DNA from: Octopus sinensis
Lineage: Eukaryota
Length of the DNA stretch: 64,000 bases
NCBI RefSeq assembly: GCF_006345805.1
Contig: NC_043000.1
Span: 63,922,001-63,986,000, forward strand
Reading direction: 5' to 3'
Shown in pieces: positions 39,291-52,599 of the stretch (the stretch's first letter is position 1; every line of letters starts with the position of its first letter). A model generated the notes under the pieces. That model was given only the letters and a program-made list of their open reading frames with translations, did not search any database and had not been told where the DNA came from. A program made the position numbers and the translations under genes.

Positions 39291-39844
39291 ACCCAGGACA
39301 TACCCTCAATGTACAGGATTAGAATATAAATGGGAAGGTCGAGTGAAAGAGAGACAGATGGTGGTGAAGTGCATTGGTATACCCTTGCATACATACAACA
39401 TGCATTCACACAGTTTCTGTCTACCAAATTCACTTACAAAGTCAATCTGCAACTATAGTAGAAGACACTTGCTCAAGATGCCATGTGGTGGAACTGAACA
39501 TGAGACCACATAGTTGCAAAGTAACCTTCTTAATCCCACAGCTCTGCCTGCACCTTCAAGAGAAATTTGCTTTTATAAATTTTAGTTTGAGTTAATAAAT
39601 CTTAATATTTACAAAATAAGACTCACTTCATTAAACTGAAGAAGCACCATAAAATTTGATTGAAGTAGAAATTATAATGATTGTACTTATGTAACATTAG
39701 TTGATATCTCCCACAGAGGCAAAAGAATATTGCCAACATTAAAGCATTGTCATAAGATGGGATGACATGTTACTAGTAATTGCTTGGACATGCTAAAACT
39801 TGTCTCAGTTTCATCATTATCATTGTCTTTGTTGACAATGCCAC

Positions 39845-40000
39845 CCTGTCACTGGTGCTACCACAATCACCACCTGCATTGTTGCCACTGCTAGTATTGC
39901 TGCTGATGCTACTGCCACTGCTGTGGTCATCACTGCTACTGTCACTGTCATCATCATCATTTTCATCATCATCAGTGTTGTTGTCATTGTCATCATTACT
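39845..40000. repeat. Degenerate (CAT/CAC/TGC) trinucleotide tract
   Basis: Direct reading. Confidence 0.85.
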
Positions 40001-40005
40001 ATTCT

Positions 40006-40238
40006 TATTTCTTTACTGCCCACAAGGGGCTACACACAGAGGGGACAAACAACAACAGACAAATAGATTAAGTCGATTATATCGACCCCAGTGCATAACT
40101 GGTACTTAATTTATTGACCCTGAAAGGATTAAAGGTTAAGTTGGCCTCGGTGGAATTTGAATTCGGAACGTAACGGCAGACGGAATACCACTAAGCATTT
40201 CACCCGGCGTGCTAACGTTTCTGCCAGCTCGCCACCTT
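40006..40238 (-). mobile_element. SINE family D with a Nin/Deu-like central domain
   Basis: Minus strand aaggtggcgagctggcagaaacgttagc...gaggccaacttaacctttaatcctttcagggtcaataaattaagtaccag resembles the gactcagccttccatccttccgaggtc...agtacc domain. Confidence 0.7.
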
Positions 40239-41417
40239 CATTACTATTACATCATTACTATTCTGTGTCTGCTTTCCATGCTGACCTGTGCTGGACATTT
40301 TTCAATAGGATCCAACAGGTTGGAGGACCACATATTGCTCCAGTTTTTCAGCCTTGATATGATTCCTACATCTGAATAACCATCCTAATATCAACCGTGG
40401 TACTGGATCCTTTTTCTTTTCTTTTTTTTTTTTTGTTTTGTTTTGACAGATCAGCACTTGTTAGGTTGCCTTGTAACTTGCAAGATTAAAGAGCCACCTT
40501 GAATAAGTGAGAGGATAAAATATGATGAGAGGAACAGGAACAGGTTTATAGTTGTGGGTGAAATTCAGGTCTACATTATATTATATATGAGTGGAAGGGG
40601 TAGATGGTGCTAGAAGGGAGATAGAGATGATGATGAGAAAGGTGCCAGAGCATACTCTTAAAGTAACATGTCCAAGAAGGTGATATAGAAGAGAGTATGG
40701 AAACAGAAAGATCAGGAAAAGTGGGGAGATGTTGCAAGAGCATATAGGGGAGAGACTGAGTGATAGATAGAAATAGGAATAGAAATAACCATTGGGTGGG
40801 AGTGAATGTAGTAATGGTGGTACTATCTTATAGAGAATTAATGTTCTTTCTGTTATTAATTGACAGATAGATATTATCATATATTGTTCCATGCTAGCAT
40901 GGAAAGCAGACGTTAAATGATGACGATGATGATGATGATGATCATCATCATCATCATGTTATATTTGGTGATGGTCATATTTTTTTTTTAGTTAACCACA
41001 TGCACTATATACTTTGTCCTTCACTTCTGTTTTATTATTCTTATTCTAGTGTCCTTTGTTTGAACTCTTTTGAGAATGGACTAAACAGAACAGGAAGAGA
41101 CTTGTAGGATGGAGAGATGTTGAAGCGGTCACAGGATGTGTGATGAATGATTTCAGACAAAGGACACTAAATTAAGAATTGTAATAACGCTGAAGTGAAG
41201 GACTTGTATACAGTGTGTGTGGTTAAGTGGCAAAAAAATAACCATCCCCAAATATAATAACATTTCAACACACAATTTCACATCAGGAATCTTGCAAAAC
41301 AAATACATAAATGTTTTATCTTATATTTTATTAGTTTCATCTTAATTTATTAAATATTTTTATTTTGAAAAGTAGTATTCATTTCATAATCTTGTATAGA
41401 ATCTGGCACTCTATCAG

Positions 41418-41725
41418 TTATGACAACATGTGTTCCAGCTGATCCAACAATGAACAGAACAGCTGACTCATGAAATTAACATGCAAGTGGCAGAGCACTC
41501 CACAGACATGTGTACCCTTAATGTAGTTCTTAAGGAGATTCAGCATGACACAGACTGTGACAAGGCTGGCTCTTTGAAATACAGGTACTACATATTTTTT
41601 GCCAGCTGAGTAGACTTGAGCAATGTGAAATGAAGTGTTTTGCTCAAGAACATAATGCATTGCACAGTCCAGGAATCAAAACTACAATTATGAGCTCAAA
41701 ACCCTAATCACTAAGTCACAAACCT
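41418..41725 (-). mobile_element. SINE family B copy
   Basis: gcactccacagacatgtgtacccttaatgtagttc...tgttttgctcaagaacataatgc. Confidence 0.8.
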
Positions 41726-44528
41726 CCACATAACCTTGTATAAGGACTGTAAAATGACAAAAGAGTAAAATTCTAATCATTGCATGTTAATTGCACCTAT
41801 CCTACATTACCTAATACTAGTGACAGCGGCACCTTGGGAAAATATCTTCTACTATAGCACCAGACTGCCCAAATCCTTGTAAGTGGATTAGCAGTTGTAG
41901 TATATAACTACAACTAGAGTAGAAGACACTTGCCCAAAGTTCCACGCAGTGGGACTGAACCCAGAATCATGTGGTTGGGAAGCAAGCTTCTTATCATACA
42001 GCCATGCTTGCACCAAAAATAAGTGACCAGCAAGCTTTCATAAGGGATCAAATCCTGCACCTCTCAAATTCCTGCTAAACATTGTATATACTAATTCTCA
42101 ACTCTCATTTTTATCATGTAATATATTCCACACATTTTGGATGGTAGGTGTAGTCAACCTCAGCATTTGACAGATAATTAATTTTTCTACCTAAAAAGAA
42201 TAAAAGCAATGTCAACTATAGTGTGACCAGAACTAAGTATATCATAATATTTTGTCAAGTTCTCTACTGATTATTCTATCTCGACCATTAAATAGAATTA
42301 TTTATAATCTAAGCAGTTTGGAAACGAGGATTCAATGATCATTAAATGGCATTTTATTTCATTGATTCCAAAAGAATAAAAGATAAAGTTGATCAGGCAG
42401 GGATTGGAATTTAGAAAATAAGGAGCAGTGCAAATACCACAAGGCATTTTCGCAACACTGATAATTCTTCCAGCTCTAATTTCTAATTTAGATGCAAACC
42501 TATACATTCAACATATATTCCAAAATATTTTTCTGTTGTTTTCACTGTCATGCTTCATATCTCCATGGGGCTATTTGGTACATCTAACTTCGTATGCATT
42601 TGAACATGTTGATAACTTGATTCTGTTGATAGCTGCCAATACTCCATAAAACTCTTTCTTTTGAATTGCACAATTAATCTGTGTCTTTAATAAATCTTTG
42701 GCCTTTCAGTATTGAAATGGCTTCTAAAACAATCATTGTTTGGTACAAATTATTTACATCATGTCAAGTCACCTTTCTTTTTGTCAGAAAGTTTTAGCTT
42801 TTTTTTCTCTCTGCTGTAGATGACAAACAAATAGTTGATTGACATTTTGTGAAAAAGAGAATAAAATTTCATTGAAAGAATTCTGGGGTTGGTAAAACAA
42901 AGTACCAGTCAAGTATAGGAAATGAATTGGCAGAATGTAGTATCTAATTACAGCCCTTTGTACTCTGAGTTAAATGTCCTTGTTGAGTACAACTTGGTCT
43001 TTCAGCCTTCCAGCTTCAATCAAATAAGGTACTCGTGAAGTACTGAGGTCAATTCATAGGATACATCCTATATGTCAATGGAATTTTTATAGAGGACAAG
43101 ACAAAACTTAATTATAATTATGTGCAGTAAAGTTCATCTATAATTAATAGCATATAGTTGTACAAAGCAAGAATTGAACAAAAGTGGTTGCAATGCATAT
43201 GAAAAACAAGTTTAGCTGCAAAAAGGAAATTGAAAGCTGATTTTCACACTTCTTTTCCTACATATATAGACAATAAAAAGGTACACAGAATTGATCTTAC
43301 AACAAATAATGTCTTAGCAAGGAGAGAAAAAAAACAACAAATAGCAATGACAATTATTGATATTACATTGGCATAGTAATTTTACATGCAGAAATTGAAA
43401 CAACAAACAAGGAGTTGAATTTAGATATAACAAACTTTTTTAAACAATATCTCATTATAATTTTTCCACTTTGCTTTATTGCAATTTATTTTTCAAGCGA
43501 CTCTTTATAAATCCTAAAGTCATTAATTATATAAATTTCAATAGTTTCAAGGTTAAATAACCTTTCTGTTGACAAAAAATAAATAAAAGGTTGATTTAGA
43601 ATATTGAATTTAGAATATTGAACATCTTACAATATTGGAATTCTTCATATTTATGGGGACAGGAAAATGATATATGACTTTCATGTTCTTCTCAAGGGAT
43701 ATAAGAAGAGCTTTCACTACAAAATTTCATTTCTTTGTAGATGCTTATAGACTTAGTTTATTGAAAGCTTCTATCATATACTGCAAAATACAATGCAGTG
43801 ATTCTCAATCATTTTGACTTTGTTGAGTACTAAAGATAAAATTTTAGAAATCACAAGCACACATTGAATGGAAAATTAAACAAATGTGTTTTAAAGTTAA
43901 AAATTAGAAAAAATATATTGCAGATTTTTGCTACCTTGTTTTGTTAAACAATACATCTTTGTATCGCAGTGAAAGCTCATTTCCTGGAGGTTAGGATGTT
44001 TGACTCATGATCATAAGGACATGGTTTAAGTTCCTGGATTGGGCAGAGCATTGTATCTTTGAGCAAAGCACTTCATTTTACAATGTTCCAGTTGTCTCCT
44101 AGTGGGTTGTCTCCTACTATACATCTGTTTGTCAATCTATCTGTTTGTCTCTCTTTCTAGTCATCACATGGGAGAAAAAGCCAAGAAAGTATCTATTGTC
44201 TGCTTGCAATTGCATTGGCACCTAAAACTACTTATTAAGCCATATTTACTCACAAGTGGCACTTGGCTGTATAACAAAATTATGAAAACATGTTTTTCAA
44301 GCCCCCTGGCTATTATTTGGATGTTCTCAAGTCATAACTTAAATTTATTAAAATAAGTAGTATACCTAGATATTCTTGCCATGTCACTGTACGACTCTCT
44401 GCCTCACTCTGTCTGTCTGTCTATCTGTCTGTCTCTCTCTCAATCTTTCGATTACCACTTGCTTCACCAAGACTTCCTCCACTAAAGCCTTGGAGTGGAT
44501 TTGGTAGGCAGAAACTCAAAGAAGCCCG

Positions 44529-44595
<67 letters not shown>

Positions 44596-44687
44596 ATCCA
44601 AACATGAACAAAGAGAAAACACAACAACACGAAGACGTGGTACAAGTATAGTGTATTGGATGCTCAGGAAAGGAAAGAAAGAAGGAG

Positions 44688-44723
44688 GATTTACCATTTC
44701 TAGCGAAGCTCTTCGTCAGAAAC
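44688..44723 (-). ncRNA. Hammerhead-ribozyme-like motif (decayed)
   Basis: gttt-CTGACGA-a-gagc(ttc)gcta-GAAA-tgg-TA-aatc on the minus strand. Confidence 0.6.
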
Positions 44724-44894
44724 ATAGAAAAAGGAAAGGTCCAAGGAAGGGAAGATGGAGAAAGAAAATCACCAATGATACACACACGGTCACATATTGA
44801 ATGACCGGAAGTGTATGGGTGAAGAAAAAGTTTTTTCAAAGACAGGAGAGTGCAAGAGAAGGGGGTATGTGTGGGTATGTGCGTGTGCACAGGT

Positions 44895-44925
<31 letters not shown>

Positions 44926-45042
44926 CATAGCACGTGTGTCTGTGTGTGTGTGGTTGTGGCTATTTATGTATGTGGTTGGGCTTAGTTTCATTTAAGAAGG
45001 TCATAGAAAGAATTTATAGTAGGAGTAGCTCCTGTTGTGTGT

Positions 45043-46240
45043 CTACCTACACATGTGCTTAGGAGAATGGTCAGTGGAAGGTACTGGTAGTTTGAAGTAT
45101 GTGTGTGTGTGTGTGTGTTTTGTTTGCAGTGTGTGTATGTACGTATGTAGGTGTTTGTATGTGTATGTGTCTATGCGTAGGGGTTGTGTGTGTGGGGAGT
45201 AACTGTACTTTACTTTGTGTATGTGTGCATGTGTACTTGTATGTGCGTATGTGTGTGTACATGTATGTATAATTGTGTGCGTGTATGTATGAGTGTGTGT
45301 TGTGTGTGTATGGGAGGTATATGTGGGTTCATTAGCATGTGCATGTGTGTGTATGTATGTGCATGTGTATATACACGTGTGTGCATGTGTACATGTGTGA
45401 GTATGTGCGTGTATATTTTGTGTGTGTGCATGCGTGTGTGAACGAAGGGCTGTGTAGGGGATATAAGTGTGTTTTTTTGCACGTGTATGCATGTACATGT
45501 GTGTGTGCAAGTACATGTGTATGTGTGCATGTGTGCGTGTGTGTGTGCATGTTTGTGTGTGTGTCTGTGTCTATATGTGTATGCATATGTGTGTGTATAT
45601 GTATGCATATATTGTGTGTATGTATATGTATGGGTGTGTATGTGAATTTGTGTATGCGTGTGTGCACAGGTTGTGTGTAGGGTTTTTTGTGGGGTTTGTG
45701 AAAGCGTACATGTGCATACCTGTGTGTATGTGTGTGCATGTGCTTACATGCATGTGTGCATGAATGTATGTGTTTGTGCCCATGTGTGTATAATTGTGTG
45801 CTTGTTTGTATGTGTATTGTGTGTTGGAGGTATATGTGCAAACTTATGCTAGTGTGTGTGTGTGTGTGTGTATTATGTGCGTATGTATGTGCGTGTGTGT
45901 ATATGTGCATGTGTGCATATGCGTGTGTGTATGTGCATGCACATGTATATATGTGTGTGTGAACGTAGAGATGTGTGTCTGGTTATGTGTGCATTTTGTT
46001 GCGTGTATGCACGTGTGCTTGAGTATGAGTGTATATGTAGCTGTGTGTACGTTTATATGTGTGTGTGTTTGTGCACATGTGTGTGTGTACGTGCATATGT
46101 GTGTGTGCGCATGGGTGTATGTGTGTGTATGTGTGTGTATATGTGCATGTATGCATGTTGTATGTGTGTGGTGTGTGGAAGGTATATGTGCGTTCATGGA
46201 CATGTACGTATGTGTGTGTATGTGTGCATGTATATAGAAA
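45043..46240. repeat. 1.2-kb degenerate alternating purine-pyrimidine array
   Basis: Mixed gt/at/gc dinucleotides with no fixed unit. Confidence 0.95.
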
Positions 46241-47574
46241 TAAAAACAATAATTTATAAAAACAATAAAAAACAAAAAATTATAAAAACAATAAAATATA
46301 AAAATTAAGGTTGAAAGGAGATAAGGAAGTTAATGCAATATAAATGGCACAATTACAAGTAAAAATTAAAAATGAGAAAAGAAATTAAGTTGCTTGTTGC
46401 AGGATGTGTAGAGGCAGTCACTAGGAGGAAGGGTTGTGTTTAGTCCGTGGGGGACAGTTGTCTGTAAATTAAAGATATAGTGCTGTTCCAGGTGGAGTCT
46501 TGATTGTGTGGATCCGTGGTGTAGAGTGAGGCCAAAGACAGAGATGTTAGAGGGTGAATGGTGGGCCAAGCAGAAGTGATGGGCAACGGGAGTGTTATAA
46601 CGTAGCCAAACATCCCTTAGATGTTCTGTGAACCGGTCCGTCTGACCTACATATGTAGGCCCATCTGACCTACATATAGCTTTCCACAGAGGTTGCATTT
46701 AATGCAGTATATGAGGCTAGAAGAAGTACAAGAGAAGGAATTTGTAATGAGAACAGTTTGCTGATTAGAACCAGTGAGAGAAGTAGTGTTGGTGATGAAG
46801 GGGCAGGTGTTGCAGTGGGATCAGGAGCACGGGAAGGATCCATATAGGGCTGGGAGGGAAGAGGAGAAGGTGCTACGGACCAGAAGATTTTGTAAGTTCC
46901 AGGCGCATTTGGGGAAAATGGGGCAGGTGGTGGGATCGAGCTGGAGATGATAGAAGGCCTGTAGTATCCTCCGACGAAGGGGTAGAGTGGAGGAGTGGAA
47001 GGAGAAAGAGCGGTAGTGTGATCGGTTCGATGAGTATGGGCAAGGGCGTTTTGGACAAGGGTTAAGGGGTATCCTCGATGCCTGAACAGGCGGGCCAAGT
47101 ACTGGGACTGGGTCTCAAAATCCTGGTCATGGTTGCACAAGCGTCGGAGGCCGAGGAACTGGGAGTAGTGGATGGCTCATTTGGTGTGGAAGGGAAGGGA
47201 GGAGGAGAAGTTGAGGTCAAGGTGGGAATCTGTGGGTTTGAAGAAAGCAGAGGTGGTGAGAGAGTGGGAGGGGTGGTCAATGGTAAGAGAGATATCAAGG
47301 AAGTTAACAGAAGTGTCAGAGATAGTAGAAGTGAATTGGAGAGAAGGGTGGCAGTTAGAGAGGAAAGAGATGAAGCGGCAGAGTGGTTCATGAGAGAGGA
47401 AGGTCTATGAAGTAACTGTATAGCTATGGGGTCAGCCCGGAGAATTGGAAGAATGCTTGGGCCTCAATATGGCCAACTATTAAGCTGTCATGCAACAGAC
47501 CTGCATAGTTTTCCCATTATTTCTTTTAAGCTTTAATGCAACTCAATGGTAATTAAATAGAATAAAAATCTAAG

Positions 47575-48010
47575 CATGGCTGGTATAGTTGAGAAGTTGG
47601 CTTCCTGACCAATGATGTGATCTTCATTTCAGTCCCACTGCACAGCACCTTGGACAAGTATCTTCTACTTTAACCCTAGGCCAACCAAAGCCTTATGAGT
47701 GGATTTGGTGGATGGAAACTGTGTTTTTGTGTATATATATTTATATATAATATATATGGATGTATGTGTGTGTGTGTGCATTGTTTGGTATGTATATGTG
47801 TGTATCTGTTGATTGTACCCCCAACCACCTCTTGACAACTAGTGTTGGCTTGTTCATGTCCTTAACTGAGCAGTTTGACAAAAGGACCCAATAACTTATA
47901 TACTGTTTTAGAAAAAAAGAAGCGCTGGAGTTGATTTGTTTTGACTAAATCCTTCAAGGCTGTGCTACAGCATAGCTACAGTCCAACAACTGAAACAAGT
48001 AAAAGATAAA
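47575..48010 (+). mobile_element. SINE family A copy (old)
   Basis: gcaccttggacaagtatcttctac...caactgaaacaagtaaaagataaaa. Confidence 0.8.
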
Positions 48011-48052
48011 AAATCTTTGTAGTTATTCTATGATTTAGAAGTCATGGTTAAC

Positions 48053-48112
48053 CTGTACATTATTGATGAAATCTGAAAAGACCGTAACATGTCCAGAACT
48101 GTCACCATACTG
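48053..48112 (-). CDS. Candidate 60-nt exon with a WD40-like GDSSGHV motif
   Basis: ctttag|CAG...CAG|gttaac; QYGDSSGHVTVFSDFINNVQ, phase 0/0; both splice sites only moderate. Confidence 0.15.
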
Positions 48113-48544
48113 CTAAAGTTCAGACTCATATCCAATGATTTTAATTGGTTATGTTGGAGTTGTCAGCCATTGGTTTTCTTTTTTGTTTTTGTTTGTTTGT
48201 TTGTTTTGTTTTTTTCGGGGGGGGGGGGGTGCCAGAATTAGCCATTTAGATAATGACGGTTTTCATCACTAAGAATATAATTTTGACTAAAATTCCTTGG
48301 TTTCCTACATCAAAAATACTAGCGCTTACTATTTAAATGTACATTCCTAGGCTGGTGAAGATCCAGATGAATTAGATCTATTTTCATCTTTGTCATTTAC
48401 AGCCATGTTGGAAACAAAGAAGGAAAGGCTTAACAATGAAATTTGAGATGTGACCAGGATAAAGCTATAAGTTGGGCGTAAGAAAATGGATGTAAAATGA
48501 GATGATGATGATGATGGTGTTATACTTGAGTAATATAGCATTAC

Positions 48545-49310
48545 CACACAGCCACTGTGTGGCAAAATGCTTGCTTCCCAACCACATGGTTCTGGGTTGA
48601 ATCCCACTGGGTGACACCTTGTGCAAGTGTTTTCTCCTACAGCCTTGGGTTAACCAAAGCCTTGTAAGTAGATTTGGTAGAAAGAAGTCCGTCATATATG
48701 TGTATGTGTGTGTCTGTGTTTGTCCTCCACTATCATTTGACAACTAGCGTTGATGTGCTTATGTCCCTGTATCTTTGCTGTTTTGTAAAAGAGATGGATA
48801 GAATAAGTACCAGCCTTTACAAATATATTAGTACAGGGGTCGATTCATTTGACTAAAAATTGGCCACAGTCATATGACTGACATAAATAAAAGATATACA
48901 TACACATAGGCGCAGGAGTGGCTGTGTGGTAAGTAGCTTGCTTACGAACTACATGGTTCTGGGTTCAGTCCCACTGCGTGGCACCTTAGGCAAGTGTCTT
49001 CTACTATAGCCTCGGGCCGACCAAAGCCTTGTGAGTGGATTTGGTAGACGGAAACTGAAAGAAGCCTGTCGTATATATGTATATATATATGTGTGTGTGC
49101 GTGTATGTTTGTGTATCTGCGTTTGTCCCCCTAGCATTGCTTGACAACCGATGCTGGTGTGTTTATGTCCCCGCCAGTTAGCGGTTCGGCAAAAGAGACC
49201 GATAGAGTAAGTACTGGGCTTACAAAGAATAAGTCCCGGGGTCGAGTTGCTCGATTAAAGGCGGTGCTCCAGCATGGCCACAGTCAAATGACTGAAACAA
49301 GTAAAAAGAA
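48545..49310 (+). mobile_element. Two tandem SINE family A copies (48545-48895 old; 48908-49310 young, full length)
   Basis: Two heads and two tails; the second starts ggcgcaggagtggctgtgtgg and retains CpGs. Confidence 0.9.
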
Positions 49311-49444
49311 AAAAAAAAATCTTTTTTCTTTTACTTGTGTCAGTCATATGACTGTGGCTATGCTGGGATTTTGTCTTGAAAGGTTTAGTTGAACAAATTG
49401 AATAAAGTGGGAATGAGTATTAGCTTTTAGTATCAGTACTGCTT

Positions 49445-49920
49445 CTCATCATCATCATCGTTGAACATCCGTTTTCCATGCTGGCATGGGCTGGACAGTT
49501 TGACTGAAGTCTGGTAAAGCCAGCAGCTGCACCAGGCTCCAATCTGATCTGGTAATGTTTCTACAGCTGGACGCCCTTCCTAATGCCGACCACTCTGAAA
49601 GTTTAGAGGGTGCTTTTTACATGCCACTGCACAGGAGCCAGTCAGGGGGCACAGGCCACAGCTAAGATTTTGGTTTTGACTCAACAGGTCTTCTCAAGCA
49701 TATTATATCACCCGATGCATCAAGGGTACTTTTAAATGAGCCAGACATGCAACACTGGCATTGGCCATGGCTGTGATCTCACTTTAGTTGCCAGGTTTTC
49801 TCAATCACAGCATATCTCCATACATCTCAGTCTCCTGGCATTGCCTCTGTGAGTCCAAATGTTTGAAGGTCATGCTTCACCTCATCCCATGCCTTCCTGG
49901 GTCTAACTCTTCCATTATTT
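49445..49920 (-). mobile_element. SINE family C / RTE 3' end copy
   Basis: catcatcatcatcgttgaacatccgttttccatgc...ggacgcccttcctaatgccgacc...gcttcacctcatcccatgccttcctgggtc. Confidence 0.75.
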
Positions 49921-50261
49921 TTTAGTAAGCCCATTGGCTATTTGCAACACCAGTACCTGAAGAGACACTGAGATTCTATGTATATCACTGATGGGAGAAA
50001 CACTGCTATGTCTAGCCATGAATGTTTACCATTGTCAAAGTCAAGGAAGGCTGAAATAATGTGATCTAACAGGTCCAGCAGTGGTAGCAGACGATTATCT
50101 CCCACCACCAATGTAAACGAGTGTTTTTATGTACCACAAATCCATATGAAGGCTCTCTCATGCTAATTAATGCAGTATTTTGTGTTCTAACATGACATCT
50201 ACTTTTAAGTGGAGATAAATATGAAGACAAAATAGTTTCACTCAGATTAAGCACTATTCTA

Positions 50262-52588
50262 GGATCTTTTCTGTAGTTGTCATAGATTTTGAAATTTTAG
50301 AATTAAATGAAAATTTTCAAAATTTGGTATATTGATGTACTTTTTCATGCTGAATCCAATTTTGTGATTCATTTACTCCAGAAAAAATTTTGAAAAATGT
50401 TAGAGGTTTGAAGTTTGATAGTTTTTACTCAAACAGAAACAGGATCTGGAAGCTGGCATTTTCTGTGTGATAACTGTCTATCAGAAAATAATATCAAAAA
50501 CATTACAACAAAGTTTTTATAAACAAAATGAAGACAGAACATTACATTGATGGCAGTTGTAAGAAGTTTTAATAAGTTTTAATGAAGTCATAGGAAACAG
50601 TTGATTAAGCATGTAAATAATTTAACAATGTTTGTTGTGTTATAACACAACAAACGAGGATGTGGTTTCGTACTTGCAAAAAAAGGGTGTGATACCTAAG
50701 ATAAAATTATGTAAAACAAAGAAACATTTTAGGAGTACGAAAAACATGGTAGGAATATGTATTAGCGATGTTCATGCCAAGGATGCATGGAGTCTGTGTC
50801 AGTGATGAAAGATACATGGTTTGAAGGTAACTCCCTTCCTCTTAGGCTTGTAGTGTTTTTCCTTTTCTCATGAGTTAAAGAATTGACTTCAATCCAGTTT
50901 TGTGTTGAAGAACTGGGGATGAGCCATTGCACAACTGTTGATATTTACAGCTATGTTAGGGAAGTAAGTATGTGTGGAGGACCTGCTCTGTCATCCAGTT
51001 AAAGTTGGTAGTCATGGGAAGCTTGTTGAGATTGATGAAACAGTCTTCTCAAGACGTGAGAACAACCGAGGAAGTACAACCTGAGTAGTGGGTTCTTGGA
51101 GGAGTGTGTAGCAAGAACAGACAGGTTTTTCTCTATGCAGTGCCATGTCAGAACCATGACACACTGGAGGAATGCATACATCACTTGATTCTTCCAGGAA
51201 CCAGAATTTTCAGCAATTTGTGGAATGTGTAAACTCACATTCCTGAAATTGATGGTTACAATTCTGAGTATAGAATGGTGAATCACAGCAATGGGTTTGT
51301 TAACTCAATAAATGGTACCCCCCCCCCCACTCAAGTGGAGAGTACATGAGACTCTGTAAAATGAGGTAATAAATTATTCTGCGGCACTCACCGTTCTATG
51401 GTATATTCACATCTCTGTGAATTTATGTAGCACAGGAGATATGAAAATTGTGATTTGTTTGAGAAATTGCTTGAATACATTTCTAACATTTGCTTTCAAT
51501 GTTTCAATGTTTCAGCAAAATGTTTGTTTTTTAAAAGTATTTAATTTGTAATGTGATATCTTGTTTTTGGATAAATCTTTTAAGTTTGTGCAATAAGTTT
51601 CTTATTTTGAGAAACATTCAATTTGTAATGTGCTGTTTATCGTATTAAATGTATTTTGAATGCTTAAAACTACAAAATACGTGTTGTTAACTTGTTTTTT
51701 GTCATTGAGGTGGTTGTGAAGTATGCTAAAAATAACAGCTAAATAGGCCTTAAATCACGCATCCCCACAATTTTTTTTTTTTTTTTTTGCATGATCGTAT
51801 GAATTCCCAAATGTAGAATACAAATTCACAAAAATTTTCTGAAAACTTCAAAAAAATAGAAAAGTTACCAGGAGTTTTATGTCATGTGTAATTCAAAAGC
51901 ACACAAGCTATTTTCAGGATGTTGACAAAATGTACAGTCACACACAAAATAACTTTGAAATCCTGTTTCCTGGCTGGTTGAAAATTACCAAACTTTAAAT
52001 CTTTATAATGTTTTTTAAAAAACTTTCTGGAAAAAGTGAAATATCTCCAGCAATTCAGCTTGGAAAACTACAGTAATGTTCTAAATTTTGAAATTTTCCA
52101 TAAACGTTGATTTTTGAAATCTTGGCAGCCTAACAGAAAAATCCCTATTAACTTTATATTCAAAAATTTACGGCAAAAATGTATTCCATTTTCATAATTA
52201 TGACTCAGTGGTTAGAGCGTTAGACTCACAGTCTTGAGTTGTGTTCTTGACCAAGACACTTCACGTTGCTCCAGTTCACTCAGCTGTAGAAATGAGCTGT
52301 GGCGTCACTGGTGCCAAGCTGTATCGGTATTTACCTTTCCCTTGGATAATAACATCAGTAGTGTGGAGAGGGGAGGCTGGTATGCATGGGAGACTGCTGG
52401 TCTGCCATAAACAACATTGCCCGGACTTGTGCTTCAGAGGTAACTTTTCAGGTTTGATCCCATGGTCATTCATGATTCAAGGGAGTCTTTACTTTTTCAT
52501 ACAAAAGCTAAAACAGAACATCGAATTTGAAAACAACTGGAATAAAATTTAAAACAATACAAAACTGTTACAGCAACAGAAAAGATCC
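50262..52588 (+). mobile_element. Merlin DNA transposon, both ends present, decayed transposase
   Basis: Perfect 8-bp TSD ctattcta (50254-61 and 52589-96); TIR ggatcttttctgt / acagaaaagatcc; contains a SINE B insertion at 52199-52495. Confidence 0.92.
50610..51440 (+). pseudogene. Merlin (ISXO2/IS1595-like) transposase relic
   Basis: KDTWFEG; LVEIDETVFSRRENNRG; WVLGGV; ILPGTRIFSNLW; YRMVNHSNGFV; many lesions. Confidence 0.88.
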
Positions 52589-52599
52589 CTATTCTATTC

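Larger units (their letters stand above)
44591..47460 (-). mobile_element. Neptune-type Penelope-like element, 5'-truncated, ending in (TA)n
   Basis: Frameshifted ORF: LFRHRGYP; GSFPCS*SHCNTCPFI linker; LIYCIKCNLCGKLYVGQ; RFTEHLRDV..PVAHHF..H; EQHYIFNLQTTVPHGLN (ends ~46366); pseudo-LTR-like end at 44591-44840. Confidence 0.85.

Noticed and set aside
45043-46308. Many 60-190-aa His/Thr- or Cys/Val-rich ORFs (also at 9658-10628, 13979, 22712-23144, 44797)
   Set aside because: They are translations of (CA)/(GT)/(TA) arrays, which lack stop codons in most frames.
47062-47410. Ser/Pro/Thr-rich and antisense Gly/Glu-rich ORFs as host genes
   Set aside because: They are frameshifted pieces and the antisense of the Neptune PLE ORF.
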